Notes under the pieces: generated by a model
The model's database searches: none
The model's input: the letters and a program-made list of their open reading frames with translations, nothing else
What the model was told of the DNA's origin: nothing
Assembly (NCBI GenBank): GCA_002633005.1
Contig: NMRA01000066.1
Span: forward strand, 717,873-781,872
Direction: 5' to 3'
Length of the DNA stretch: 64,000 nucleotides
From: Phoronis australis
Taxonomy: Eukaryota; Animalia; Phoronida
Translations under genes and position numbers: made by a program
Shown: positions 53,133 to 64,000 of the stretch, piece after piece
Layout of the letters: the number at the start of each line of letters is the position of its first letter
Position numbering within the stretch: the stretch's first letter is position 1

Positions 53133-53210
53133 GACGCAACCGGTACTCGAATCCTGGACTTTCAGCTATCCGTGCAGACGTTCTAATCTACTCAGCCATT
53201 GGGATGACCG
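53133..53210 (-). mobile_element. tRNA-derived SINE head
   Basis: Minus strand has box A-like TGGCTGAGTAG and box B-like GATTCGAGTACC at tRNA-like spacing. Confidence 0.55.
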
Positions 53211-53779
53211 GTGATGCGGCCAACAGGTGATGTGCATACCAGGCTTAAAATGTTTGCGATTCATATCTCCACGCTGGCTTAAAATTTACATATTCATATA
53301 CAATAGCCATATACACTTCGAATCATTAATAAAACCAATAAAATGTGCAAATTACAAATTTATCACGGATTTTTATAATCTGGCTTTATTTTGACCGCTT
53401 ATGACCGAGGTTCAATTAGCTTCATTGAAATGATAGCTTCAAAAAGCAGTCATGTTTGATAAAAGTGCCCAACTCATTTTTGATCACAACTCATCTCTCA
53501 AATATAAAGTTTTTAAGAATAGTTTTACACTCCTTGTTTTTCTGTCGCATTGTTAAACATTCACTACAGTTACTCCGCTCTTCCTCCGGTAAAGTATGAA
53601 TAGCGGATTTGCAGCGCAGACGAACTACGCATTGCGCATGTGCGAGTTACTTCCTTCGCGAAGGCTCATGGGATAGCTTGTGGTCAGGCATGTCTTGAGC
53701 AGGCTGGATAGTGTGTGCATTTGGAGTGATTTGCAAACTAAAAACCATGTTTCATTTTTTGCTTTATAATACCAAGCAA

Positions 53780-54995
53780 GGCCTCTCTCTCGTTTGTAAA
53801 CACAGCGTAGCTATGATCAGTGACCGTGTGACCGAGAGCACGACTGTCGCCGTGTTCAGTATTGGGGTTATCGGCGTTGATTTCGAAATCTCCTCCTATT
53901 TCAGACAAGTTGAGAGTTCTTGGGTTGCTTAACTTTTGTAGCTTTCGTCGTGGATATGCTAGAGACGTTAATTTTAAGTGGAAACTCCGTCGGAATGTTG
54001 TTCTCATAAGTCTTTTTTCCACCAGGAAAATGTTCGCTGCACACACGATGGCCCCTAGGCAATTACATCGCACTGGATGCCGCAGGCATTCAGGGGCGAT
54101 AGTACATCCTCACAAAAAGTTACTCATTTCAAAATACAGCAAATAAAATCAAATGAACCCGGCATACATATAGGAACACGGAGTTATAATTAACACATAC
54201 CACGACTCTGGATACAATTTAGTCAGCAAAACTTGAACGAATCGATGAAAATCTGTCGCGGTTTGTTCGAGTTTCTCTCAGTCACGGTTACCGGGTGCCA
54301 TTTTGAGGAAGTTACGTGAAATTACGCATGTTGACGAATAAAAAGTCCAAGGGACACACATCTTACAAGTTTCACCCGATACCTTCTCATGCTATTTTAC
54401 AAGTGTCGCGCGCTAGCGTCACGCGCTTCGCTCAGTCTAACCTTGCGCCTAACTCACGGGATTCAGTTGACATGCTTTGTAGTTATCGCGCACGCGGTGA
54501 TAAAATTAACGGCAACCAAAAAAGTGGAGTTGTAATTCTTCGCCAAAGTCAACTTAATTCTCACAACTAAGCTTCATTAAAGATATGTATAGAAGTAGAA
54601 AGGACCAATGATGAAAGTAAGCGTTTTTTAAATGATAGTTTTAAGTGTAGAGTGTATTTTTGACGAGGTGAAAACTCGAAATCGGTAACCCAAATCCGGT
54701 CACGGCCCGTTTAAAATACACTGGAGTAACGAAATGAGTACAGAAAGCGAATGGAAGTATTGTAGCCCCTACATGGCCAACCGAGGGGCTACGTGTTGCC
54801 TACTAGATGGCCCCGCGTTCGTTTGAATGCGCTAAATTTCCCCTTACTCCCAGGTCTCCTAATGTTGTTTATCCATTTTTCACAAAGTTCTTGGTTTGCA
54901 GGGAACACATACAAACTCAGATTTTTATCTCTCTTGTTGTTTTTGAAGCAGCCAGGAACACAAGTGTATTCGCCGTAAGTTTTCTTCGCGCTCAT
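53780..54995 (-). pseudogene. THAP domain split by a 750-bp insertion, followed by a DHSY motif
   Basis: Removing 54056-54805 plus one TSD copy gives in-frame MSAKKTYGEYTCVPGCFKNNKRDKNLSLYVFPANQELCEKWINNIRRPGSKGKFSAFKRTRGHRVCSEHFPGGKKTYENNIPTEFPLK. Downstream TDHSYA resembles the HCF-1-binding D/EHxY motif. Confidence 0.85.
54056..54805. mobile_element. 750-bp insertion with 9-bp TSD GATGGCCCC
   Basis: gatggcccc|taggcaattac ... gtgttgcctacta|gatggcccc, with short imperfect TIRs. Confidence 0.85.
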
Positions 54996-55118
54996 ACCGC
55001 GTTTTAAGCTTGTTACCATGGCCGCTTTCGGAATCCTGACCACAGCACCCACAATGCACCATTTTAACTAATTTCAATATGGCGTCGCTGCAAATCCGCT
55101 ATTGAACAAGAAGTTTAA

Positions 55119-55327
55119 CTACAGAGCCGGTGTGCCCTCTTTTGCCTCGTTAGCAAGACCGAACTGCTGTTGTGGGTACTGGTCGACCCCAGGGTACGTA
55201 GAGGGTGCGGCCTGCGGATTGTACAGGGGCTGTTGTTGATAACCTGCAAAATTTTGTCCTTGAAAACCGTATTGCTGCTGAGGGTAGCCCGTGGTCGCCG
55301 GCATGTAAGTCTGGTTAACTGCGGCAG
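55119..55327 (-). CDS. Last exon (P/Y/Q-rich cytoplasmic tail) of the CUB-like single-pass membrane protein
   Basis: Phase-1 acceptor atttcag|CT, then AAVNQTYMPATTGYPQQQYGFQ...EGTPAL*. Confidence 0.85.
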
Positions 55328-56385
55328 CTGAAATAAGATGGTTTTGTCAATGAGTGTGTTTGTACATCAAAGGAAACCGCTATCTGACACCTAATTTTAC
55401 TTTCATATCGGTATCATACCTGAGTTTTTATCACAACAACTATCTGTAACCAAAACATTCTACATCCAGGCTAGATCTAATCCAAAAAATTTAAATCTAA
55501 TTTTCACAGTCAACATGCGGACTTCCACCACCAGTTTCAATACACATCTCCTCAGTGGATTTAAATGTGGTCACCAAATTGACAGTTAAGCTCATTTTTT
55601 ATTCTATTGTCCCCTAAATGCGAATGAGCCTGCAACACTCATGCAGGCCTTTGGCAATAACAATGACATTTTAAACAATAGAGGAAGTTTCATTGTTAAA
55701 ACTGTTTTGTAAAATATGGATTCCAAGACAGTAACTGGTACATGTATCTAGATACAGTAGCAGTAGTCAGTTCAATTAAAAATCGCTCGATAATGAGAAC
55801 AATTGTATTTCATTCCAGCTATCCTTCTAATGTACATGTACAGGCTTTAATATTGTATCGAAAGGGTCATCTCGACGATGCTGCGCTGTCAATGCTAACC
55901 AATTGAAGCACTTTGTGGTTTTAAAAACATAACCAATCTCAAGCGGTCTCGAATATTTATAGTCGCCGAATGAGCCGGACACACAAGAAAGGTCAATGCG
56001 TACATGTATGCACGCCATATTCGAATTCGCAATTTTAGGGTCAGGTACACTGGAGCTAGAAGATGATGGTTTAGCTGCTCTTGTTGCTAAGGGCAACGGT
56101 AAGGAATATCAGTAAACCAGTTTTATGACCTTAAATGGCCATGCTTTGGAGTTGAAAGGAATTTTGAACTTTACGTGTTGCTACATTGTACATGGGTGTT
56201 TTGATCACTTTCGGGGCTTACACGGGTGCTTGTTACAGTCTGGCATTCAAATAAATATTTTAACAAGTTGCATTGTTATTTTGGCTGATGGTTCAATGGC
56301 ACCAGTCGAATAATGCCGGTCTTAGGGTTGAATCATGAATTCGTAAATGAGGCAGGTATTAAATACTTCGCTGTACAAATTTAAG

Positions 56386-56669
56386 CATGGGCGCACCTAG
56401 CTTAAAATAGGCAGGTCAAATTTTTGAGAATGTGAACCTTTTTCTAAACAAATAAAAAGAAAAATTAAACCTTTCGCTGAAAAAAAGAAAAAAGGAGGTA
56501 CGTTCAGAGCTATGAATTGTGCATTCGCTGAATTATCTTAGTTTCCGCCTCTTTTGTGGACTTTTGTCTCGTTTTCTACATTTTTGGACTTTTTGTTTCT
56601 CTGAGGCCGACCTTTTTGCCCACTTCGCCAAATGATCCCCTGAGCCCACCCCCTCTGAGTGCACACACG
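56386..56669. mobile_element. Diverged CATGCGCGCAC-family MITE, 5-bp TSD TTAAG
   Basis: ttaag|catgggcgcacctagc ... gagtgcacacacg|ttaag; shares the internal gacctttt(t)gcccacttc motif with the other copies. Confidence 0.7.
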
Positions 56670-57082
56670 TTAAGACAATTACATGCGACTTAAATTCTGC
56701 CAGATCTGCAAAGTTATGAATGTGTACCGTTGAACAAAACTTTAACATACTAACACAGTGCTCGAATAAACACAAAGTATACCACAATTACATGAATCTT
56801 TTTGAAACCTGTGCTTCTTTGTTTTAAAAAAGGCACCCATCACCATCATTTCTAGCAAAATAATCGATCTCTTTACTAAAGCCAAACAAACGAAAAAGTT
56901 TTGAAGGAAATATCGTTTCGGCTCATCCACAATCCTCTCCTGCTGACCTTAAATGATATGTTATGACAGCTACCTAAATTGAATCAAAACCGTTGCTTCC
57001 CCTTGGTGTGTTTTTGTTATAAATGAACAACGGGATATATTGCATCATCGCACATAGGCAGGAAATATTAGTAAACATAAAC

Positions 57083-57250
57083 CTGTTGTGGTGACTGTGG
57101 CTACGTTTGGTCCATGACGTCTGCTGCCACCAGAGGCCGCTGCTGCACAACAGCAGCAGCAAATGCAGATTGGAACGCCAATCAATAGTCCGAGACCGAT
57201 AAGTGCACCAATCACAATGCCGATGATTGCACCAGTAGAAATGTAGTCGT
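57083..57250 (-). CDS. Transmembrane plus poly-Cys exon of the CUB-like membrane protein
   Basis: Phase 1-1 exon: DDYISTGAIIGIVIGALIGLGLLIGVPICICCCCCAAAASGGSRRHGPNVATVTTT. Confidence 0.9.
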
Positions 57251-57472
57251 CTGAAATACAAGAAAGCGAGTTTCCAACAGTCAGAGAACGGCATTTACGC
57301 TTCGTAAGTCGTAAAATGAAAGCTACTCATTTTTGTTTCCTGCTAATGCACAATTGGCGTCTCATGTGAATGATAAAAGCAATATTAGATAAAGACACGG
57401 GGTCATTGTGCCACGAAATGAATGATCGATTCTGTTGAACAGTGACTACGTGTATTTAATTCAACTGCTCAC

Positions 57473-57611
57473 CGTAGTTAGTGACCTTCAAGTCTACGTT
57501 GAGCCCGTTCCTGCAAGTGGATGTAATACACAATGTCTTGTCGACTACGATGTAAACATAACGTTGAGTCGTGTAGTATGTCCAACCACTATTATATCTG
57601 TCCAGTTTTGC
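57473..57611 (-). CDS. Extracellular exon (C-terminal part of the CUB-like domain)
   Basis: ttttag| phase 0 to |gtgag phase 1: AKLDRYNSGWTYYTTQRYVYIVVDKTLCITSTCRNGLNVDLKVTNY. This is the only open frame. Confidence 0.85.
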
Positions 57612-58301
57612 CTAAAATGATAATGGTAAAAAATGATACGTTTCAAAAGATCCTCTGTAATTAGTCTGCATGTACAGTGTGTATGCTTTGTCTATGTACA
57701 TTAGTGCAGTGTAGTCTTTGTCAAAAAGAATAATAACAATTATGTTACTGGGGTGTCATCCTTTTGAAAGGTACATGTATGGTGTATGACCAGCTTCCAT
57801 TTGGTTTTGTTCAGTAGTTTGCGCCTTGAATAGTTCATTTGGATGAATGATAATGCCATCCATTTATGCAAAATGCATCACTCTGTCGCCGTTGATATTG
57901 ATGCTTTCAAAGTATCTGGCGGACTAAAAATACAATTAGCCGCAACCACAATATTCAGGTTACGTTCGCTATCTGTTTATATTAATTACCCTTTTTATTT
58001 TAAATTCTCAAAGTTAAACGTTCTTTTTTACATAAAAACCTCTTCAAAGTATAGAACTGTAGACCTGGAAAGCCAACTTCGATCTCCCGCTGCTGAGGTA
58101 GCGCCGTGCATGGGTGGGATTTTTTTGCATTCGATTGTTGAGTCTAACTATGGAATATAGGACTTGGGGTGAAGTGTTTGTTTATTTGAAACGCAGTAAG
58201 TTTAGAACTGTCACCATCGAAAACTTCTTCTGAACAAATTTAATCTATATTTTTGGAATATTTTGCGGTCTTAATTCCCCAAACATCGTCAAAAAGGATC
58301 A

Positions 58302-58717
58302 TCTATAATACTATACTAAAAGCGTGTACCTCAGACAAATAAAAACAAATATATATTTTATCGCTAGGCCAATGGGAAATGCCACTTTCTTTACGGTCAC
58401 TAAATTTTCTGCAGCTCCCCCAGTTTTTAACTGAATTGCATAAGAGTCATATCATTTGAAAGCCCACCTTCATGTAGTTAGTAAGATCCAAACTTTTCAT
58501 TTACAACTGCAAAACAAACACTCAAAAACAAAACCAAATGTCACATTTTTCCGTAAAATATTGTAACATGATTTCAACACCGCAAAGTGTCTTGTTGAAA
58601 AGACTCTTAACATGCAATAAATTCATAGGTTGTCGGAAGTGGCTCCAAGACAGTAGCTGAAAACATATTAGAGGCTAGAATATTGCCAGCATCCAGCCAG
58701 GACCACAGGTAGGCTCG
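58302..58717 (+). mobile_element. Possible non-autonomous Helitron in an intron
   Basis: A|TCTATAATACTATACTAAAAG start and a GC-rich 3' end finishing CTCG|T (degenerate CTAG), inserted between A and T. Confidence 0.4.
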
Positions 58718-59290
58718 TATAAATATTGGCCAATGAAATTATCGGGTTTGTTGACTCCGTCAAAACGCCACCTTTGTGCTACACCTAGACATCCGTTTGT
58801 AGGCATAAGTGACCGTGGCTTGATATGCACATTTATTGTATGCATACATTGGTACAGGAATGAGCCGGAAAGGTGTTAGTGAATCATTTGGTATTTTTGT
58901 TGTAATCGTGTAAGTGCCAAAAACACGAACGTGAATGGAATGCATCGGGGTATAGACTGTGATTCTGGTTGCAGCAACCGCAATCCACAAAGGAATATTT
59001 TTCAATAGATGGAACAACAATAATACGGATTTTTTCAACATCAAGCAATCAGAATGTTTGATTGTTTTTTTCCAAGGAATCGGAATGCCCGAAATTCAGT
59101 TATGCTTTCGATCCTATCGAAAATTACAAAACTATACCTTTAAAGTATTTGCTCTAATTTCAGCATACATGTATATGTACATGTACGCCGAAATTAGAGC
59201 AAATGCATTTATTCTATATATTTGTTAAGCAATGCTTTATTTGTCCTGAAGTTGGGATATCTATTAGAACCTATAACATGAGGTTCTTAC

Positions 59291-59394
59291 CAGTGAACTG
59301 GAATAGGAATAGGACCCATCGCGAATTTCAACATGTATGTTGCTATTGTCGAATATAGCTGTCTCAACTTCAACTTTCAATTTGTTCCCGTATT
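59291..59394 (-). CDS. Extracellular exon (CUB-like core)
   Basis: tttttcag|AA phase 1 to |gtaag phase 0: YGNKLKVEVETAIFDNSNIHVEIRDGSYSYSSSL. VEIRDG is typical of CUB domains. The 5' exons were not found. Confidence 0.85.
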
Positions 59395-61719
59395 CTGAAA
59401 AAGTGAGCAAGGCGACAAACGTGATAGATCAACTTTGCGAGCAAAATAAACGTATACAAGCATTTGTCACAGATTTGACAACCCCTTCTGACGCCGCCTC
59501 GGGATACGCAAATTCTTAAAGTGTATTTTTGTTGAACCAGAAGACATTTTTGGATAAATACAATGCTTATTGCTGCAACTGAAAGATTTGAGTAGATTCT
59601 AAACCAGGTTTTAGATTACTAACAGGTATACAATTCGACGAGAGCGTGGTTGCATGGAACCGTCACAAATATAGAAATTCAACTAAGTGTATTTCTGTGA
59701 ATAATTAAAACTTTAGAACAAAATGGTGACCAGCCTCCCATCCAGTAACGCGAGGACCTCACTAAAAAGCAAGACTTCGCGAGATTACGTGAGATATTGA
59801 CGTGTATTTTAAATGAGAACACGTGACTTTGACTAGATTTTAGCTAGGTCCTATCGTAGGTCCTAGCGTCTACTGAACGCACGCCAGGACACACGACAGG
59901 CGTGACTAACGTTTATTCGAGGTAGTTGACAGTTGTGGCAACACAGATCACAGACAACATATTCCAAACTCTGCTATTTCACTGTGATATTTCCAGAGGA
60001 GGCGCTACACTCTACCATTGTACTTCCGTTTAGTGAGCAGACGGCGCAAACGCCAGAATTGAGCCGTGTAATCACACTAGAGGCTGCAAGTGAAATGTGA
60101 CGTTGCGGCTAATAGCGAATAGAGAAGATTTTTGGTTGTGGCTTTTGACCAAAAATCACCAATGTTATTATGCATTGAGAATATTCAGAGTTGGCGGTCC
60201 AATTCCTTACTGTGAGGTAGCAGTGGAAATGTTTCATCTCTATATTCGTCTTTCGTGGAGATTCTACTGGTAATTGTGAAATAGCACGGTATAGAGTTTG
60301 TTTTAAGAAAAATCACAAACGAAGGTAAAAGCATCTCTTTATATTTAAACCATGGATAGAATGCAGTACCTGCGTACAGTTTTATGGCACACATATTGCT
60401 TGTAGATATACTGTAAGTATGTGCTCTTCCCATGTAGACGTGTACCGTCTCCCAGTCCGAAACTTTTTCGCTGCTCGCCGTAACGACGCACTCTATGGAG
60501 GCATCGAGGTCGTCTGGAAAATAACCATTAAATGTAGGCGTTGTGCTGCACACGAACATGTGTTGGCGGCTGCTGGGAAGCCAAGGAGTAAATTAAGATG
60601 ATACATAATTTTACCGTCAAACCTAAACAAACCACTAATGAATTAAATCGGTAAAAGTGTGTATTTTCTTTAATATAAAGCTTGTAGAAAGCCTGACTCA
60701 TAAGTGACAACGGTACTATGTAAAAAAACGCATTCAGGCGGTCACCAGGTGGGTGGCGAAGTCGGCTCCAGCCCACCAAGAATTGCTGAAGAACAATTTC
60801 ACGAGTCTCTTCAAAATAGCTTGACCATTAAAAATATTTACGAATAGGGGAACCAACAGAAATGAATGAAGCTTTGTTATCAAAAGTCAAAATGCGCTAC
60901 GCATGCGCAATACTTACAGCTGGTTGCACGCACTGCAGTAGTCAGCGACATAATAACGGCGAATGCAAGATTCTTCATGGCGAATAACAGATGTGTTCTG
61001 GCGATGTCGTAAGTGCTGTTCAGTTGAGGTTGTTCTGAAAAATGTTTTAAATTTGGTTAATTATTTACATGTGTATGTCTTAGAAATGATGACATCATCA
61101 GGACATCAAGAAGTACAACTAGAAGACGTGTATAAGAAAGTACATTTACACACAATGTGCAGAACCAGGTTAACTTCACACTACATGTACATAAAAGTTA
61201 TACGCCGTATGGCAACAACGACGTTGCATTATCAGGCGTCACGTTGTTTTTGTTGAGCACTGCACCTGACGTTCACCCTAGACTTCTATTGTCAGTCGAC
61301 AAGGTACAACAGTGTTATCGCACGACTCCTGTGCTTATCGTTTAACCTTTGGTCGGAAATCTCGGTTTTTAACCTATCCCAAACGAGCTGAAAAAATGAC
61401 ACTTTTCATAGATGGTTCGACTTAAATCCCCCAAGTGTACATTGAAATCACGATGTGTTCAGCATTCCCAAGGTCAAGCGGTTAAGCAGAAAGTTCTGCA
61501 AAAGTGTACTTAATACGAATCTACAGCGACTCCGCAACATGACCGACGTTTTTATCTCGTTCACTGAAGGATATCTAGCACATTGCCACTTTGTCAAAGC
61601 TGGGAAACCGCTCCGTAGACACACGACACTCGGGAGAGAGGATAGTGTGATCACGTGATTTGATGGTAATGCTTGTTGATACATATCTCAGTCACTCTTG
61701 TAGTGAAGTCTTTAAGCGT

Positions 61720-62400
61720 CATACTATCTAAATGAGTGTCAAAATCCACCCCCAAAAATCTAAAAGAATTTTTTGTCCAAGACAGACTTTCTTTTGTAGG
61801 AATCACGTCATCACTACCATTTTTACTTCCAAATCACACGGCTTTTGTTTTATCCACATGCACTTGGAGACCGGAGACAAACGAATTTAGTATATTCAAT
61901 GTGGTAGTCAATGACAAATTCTACCCATCCAAAGTAATTGATGTGTCGTCTGTATATTGCGAAAATGAATATTCCTCATTTCCTGCAACTACACCTGCGA
62001 TATTTCTATTATTCTTGATTAAATACGCCTAAAGTCTCCGAGCAGAATATGAATGCAGGGAGCCAGGAGGTCACCTTATCTGCAGTTACGTGAAATATTG
62101 AACCAGGAAGATGGGTGGCCATTTACGAAAATATTACTATAAAAGACTTTTACCCACCTTCTGGTCGACCAACCAAATTGAGGACAGCTAATTTTTTGTA
62201 TATAATTTTCAATACAATGAACCAAATGCTTTATCAAAATCGAGCAGTAAGAGCAATTCTGGTTTGTTGCCTTGTTACCACTGAAAAAGCCAGTCAATTC
62301 TCTAACATTTCACAAAAACTTCCCAAAACTGATTCCATGGTACCGAGGAAGCTAGTGAACGACAATAGGCTATACAAAAATGAAACACGTTCGTGCAAGT
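61720..62400 (-). mobile_element. L1/Tx1-type LINE reverse-transcriptase fragment
   Basis: Minus-strand frames read WVKVFYSN..VNGHPSSWFNISRNCR*GD, FIFCSE, KNNRNIAGV, SQYTDDTSITL (YADD box) and FRFLGVDF. Stops and frameshifts are present. Confidence 0.85.
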
Positions 62401-64000
62401 AAGCAATTTGTTGAAATTAACATCATTTTATTTTTGCCGTAATGTTCAAATTTAAGGATTATGACGGAAACTTAATTTTAACTTTGTTACTACGTCATCC
62501 AAAACCTGCCATAACATGGTGTTTTGCGTTTGCAGGGATGCGACCATGGTCGTCTTGTGGTAATAATGCTCAGAGAATGTGTACTTCGCTCGCTATGAGA
62601 AAGTACAATCTCTTAAGTAGTCGCCATTTTGATTTGCGAAACACATTTTATGTTTTTTATTACCTCTAAAATCTTAGTGAGCACGAGTAACGCGAAATAG
62701 GAAACCATCTCAAAGATTGCATTACAGAAACATCGCACATTGCAATACCATGTGATGATACTTGAATTTATCATAGTTTGGTTTGTTCAGACGTTGTTAA
62801 AAATTCTTACCCTGGTTTGCCCTGTTTCCTCCTCGTCGTTTGCCAATCAGTTGTCCAGTCCAGTCAATAGGGATTGACGTACCGGACGTGCGTTTTGTAG
62901 AGGTGATAATCTCGCGAAACAGCGAGAACACGCAAGACTCCGCGAGATCTCAGTGTGTATTTCAAGTAAACCACGTGATGACACCGGCTTTCTTCGTGAG
63001 ACTTTTTCGTCTGCGGAACTCTAACCAGAATCACTACCTTTCGCATTGGGTCACGCAGCACCAATGTTTAAACTCGTAATCAGGAATTGTGTACTTAAGG
63101 TTATCTCCAACCTTATTTAGTGGCCTACATTCTAACTGGTATATAAATATCTAGTCTTTATCAGCATGTATTTTTTGAAAAAATAGATCGGGGAATATAA
63201 AAATACGTCATTATTATTATTTCATTAACCTCTTTTAAGTCAAAACTCCATGTTTAAGAAAGGTACATTCATAGCAAAATAACCCCTCGGTCGATTTTAA
63301 TGAAACCTTTTGAAATGAAAACTTCACCAGTTACCTCGACAACGCTGTTAGGAATTTTCTATTAGCCTTTTCGTTTGATTTCGATGACAAATCAACTAGA
63401 AAAGCGAATGGTATTTTTGTAAAAAATTGATATCGTATTCGTCTTTGTTACATTAAGCAAAAACTAGGCCTTTATATCAAAATCCTAAAAGAGGTTTTGA
63501 GATTGATGAATAATTTGGAAAGTTTCAGCGAAATCCTCCTAGACGTTTTTAAGAACTCGCGTTCCAAAGTTCAAAGTTAGTCGATTTTCCGAAGCCGAGA
63601 AAAAAACGATTAAGTGGGAAGACGTGAATATTTCAAGGCCAAGTCAAGAACGTCTGTTAATTATTCGGTGAAAACTCGTTTGTGGTCTTTATAACCTATA
63701 CACCTCTTATCCGCGTTCATGTCATCTGAACTTGTAGTGCGTAATTAAGCTAATGATCACGAAAACTTTTCATTCAAATCAAGTCGATTTTGTCACTGGC
63801 AGAGCCAGCGTATGAATTAGGTAAAGCTGGTGCATTCTGGTCAGCTTTAATGTAGGTCAATGGTTCATTGTTAGACATGATACCAAGGGCTGGGAGACTG
63901 ATGTGGAAACCAAGTACGAAATGGTTTGATAACTCGTGTCGGTGGTTAAAGCACGTCGTGGCAAGAGATCGAAATAGCGAAATGGCAAATTACCTGAATT

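Larger units (their letters stand above)
53602..55100 (-). mobile_element. ISL2EU-like THAP element (internally deleted), related to the 10427 element
   Basis: 15-bp TIR agcggatttgcagcg / cgctgcaaatccgct flanked by AT. The right end matches the left end of the 10427 element. Confidence 0.85.

Noticed and set aside
53597-55104. 3-bp TGA TSD (classical Harbinger) for the 53.6-kb element
   Set aside because: It fits this copy, but the related 10427 element has TCA/TCT flanks; only an AT TSD explains both.
60185-60790. Candidate next upstream exon of the CUB-like gene
   Set aside because: No convincing phase-1 donor. WLPSSRQHMFVCS looks more like another decayed THAP, too weak to call.

Overview
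This is AT-rich, intron-containing eukaryotic DNA, most likely from a marine invertebrate (inference from gene and transposon content), with one 916-N gap. Most ORF-track calls are noise; the real genes appear only after splicing by hand. All host genes found are on the minus strand: (1) a complete two-exon, TATA-driven prepropeptide gene at 33760-34682 with signal peptide, acidic pro-region, KR site and a cationic 4-Cys 51-aa peptide ending in Gly, which I could not assign to a family and which is the best novelty candidate; (2) a terminal exon with two antistasin-type Cys repeats; (3) four exons of a CUB-like single-pass membrane protein with a poly-Cys stretch and a P/Y/Q-rich tail; (4) a frameshifted TLDc-like exon. 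The rest is transposon debris. It includes a four-level nest of AT-TSD ISL2EU-type elements with THAP and YqaJ relics, a THAP element split by a 9-bp-TSD insertion, a P2X7-ballast-like pseudogene, a Penelope fragment with inverted terminal repeats and hammerhead-like cores, a solo LTR, 5-bp-TSD MITEs, LINE fragments and tRNA-like SINE heads. All translations, alignments and counts were done by eye; no database searches were run.
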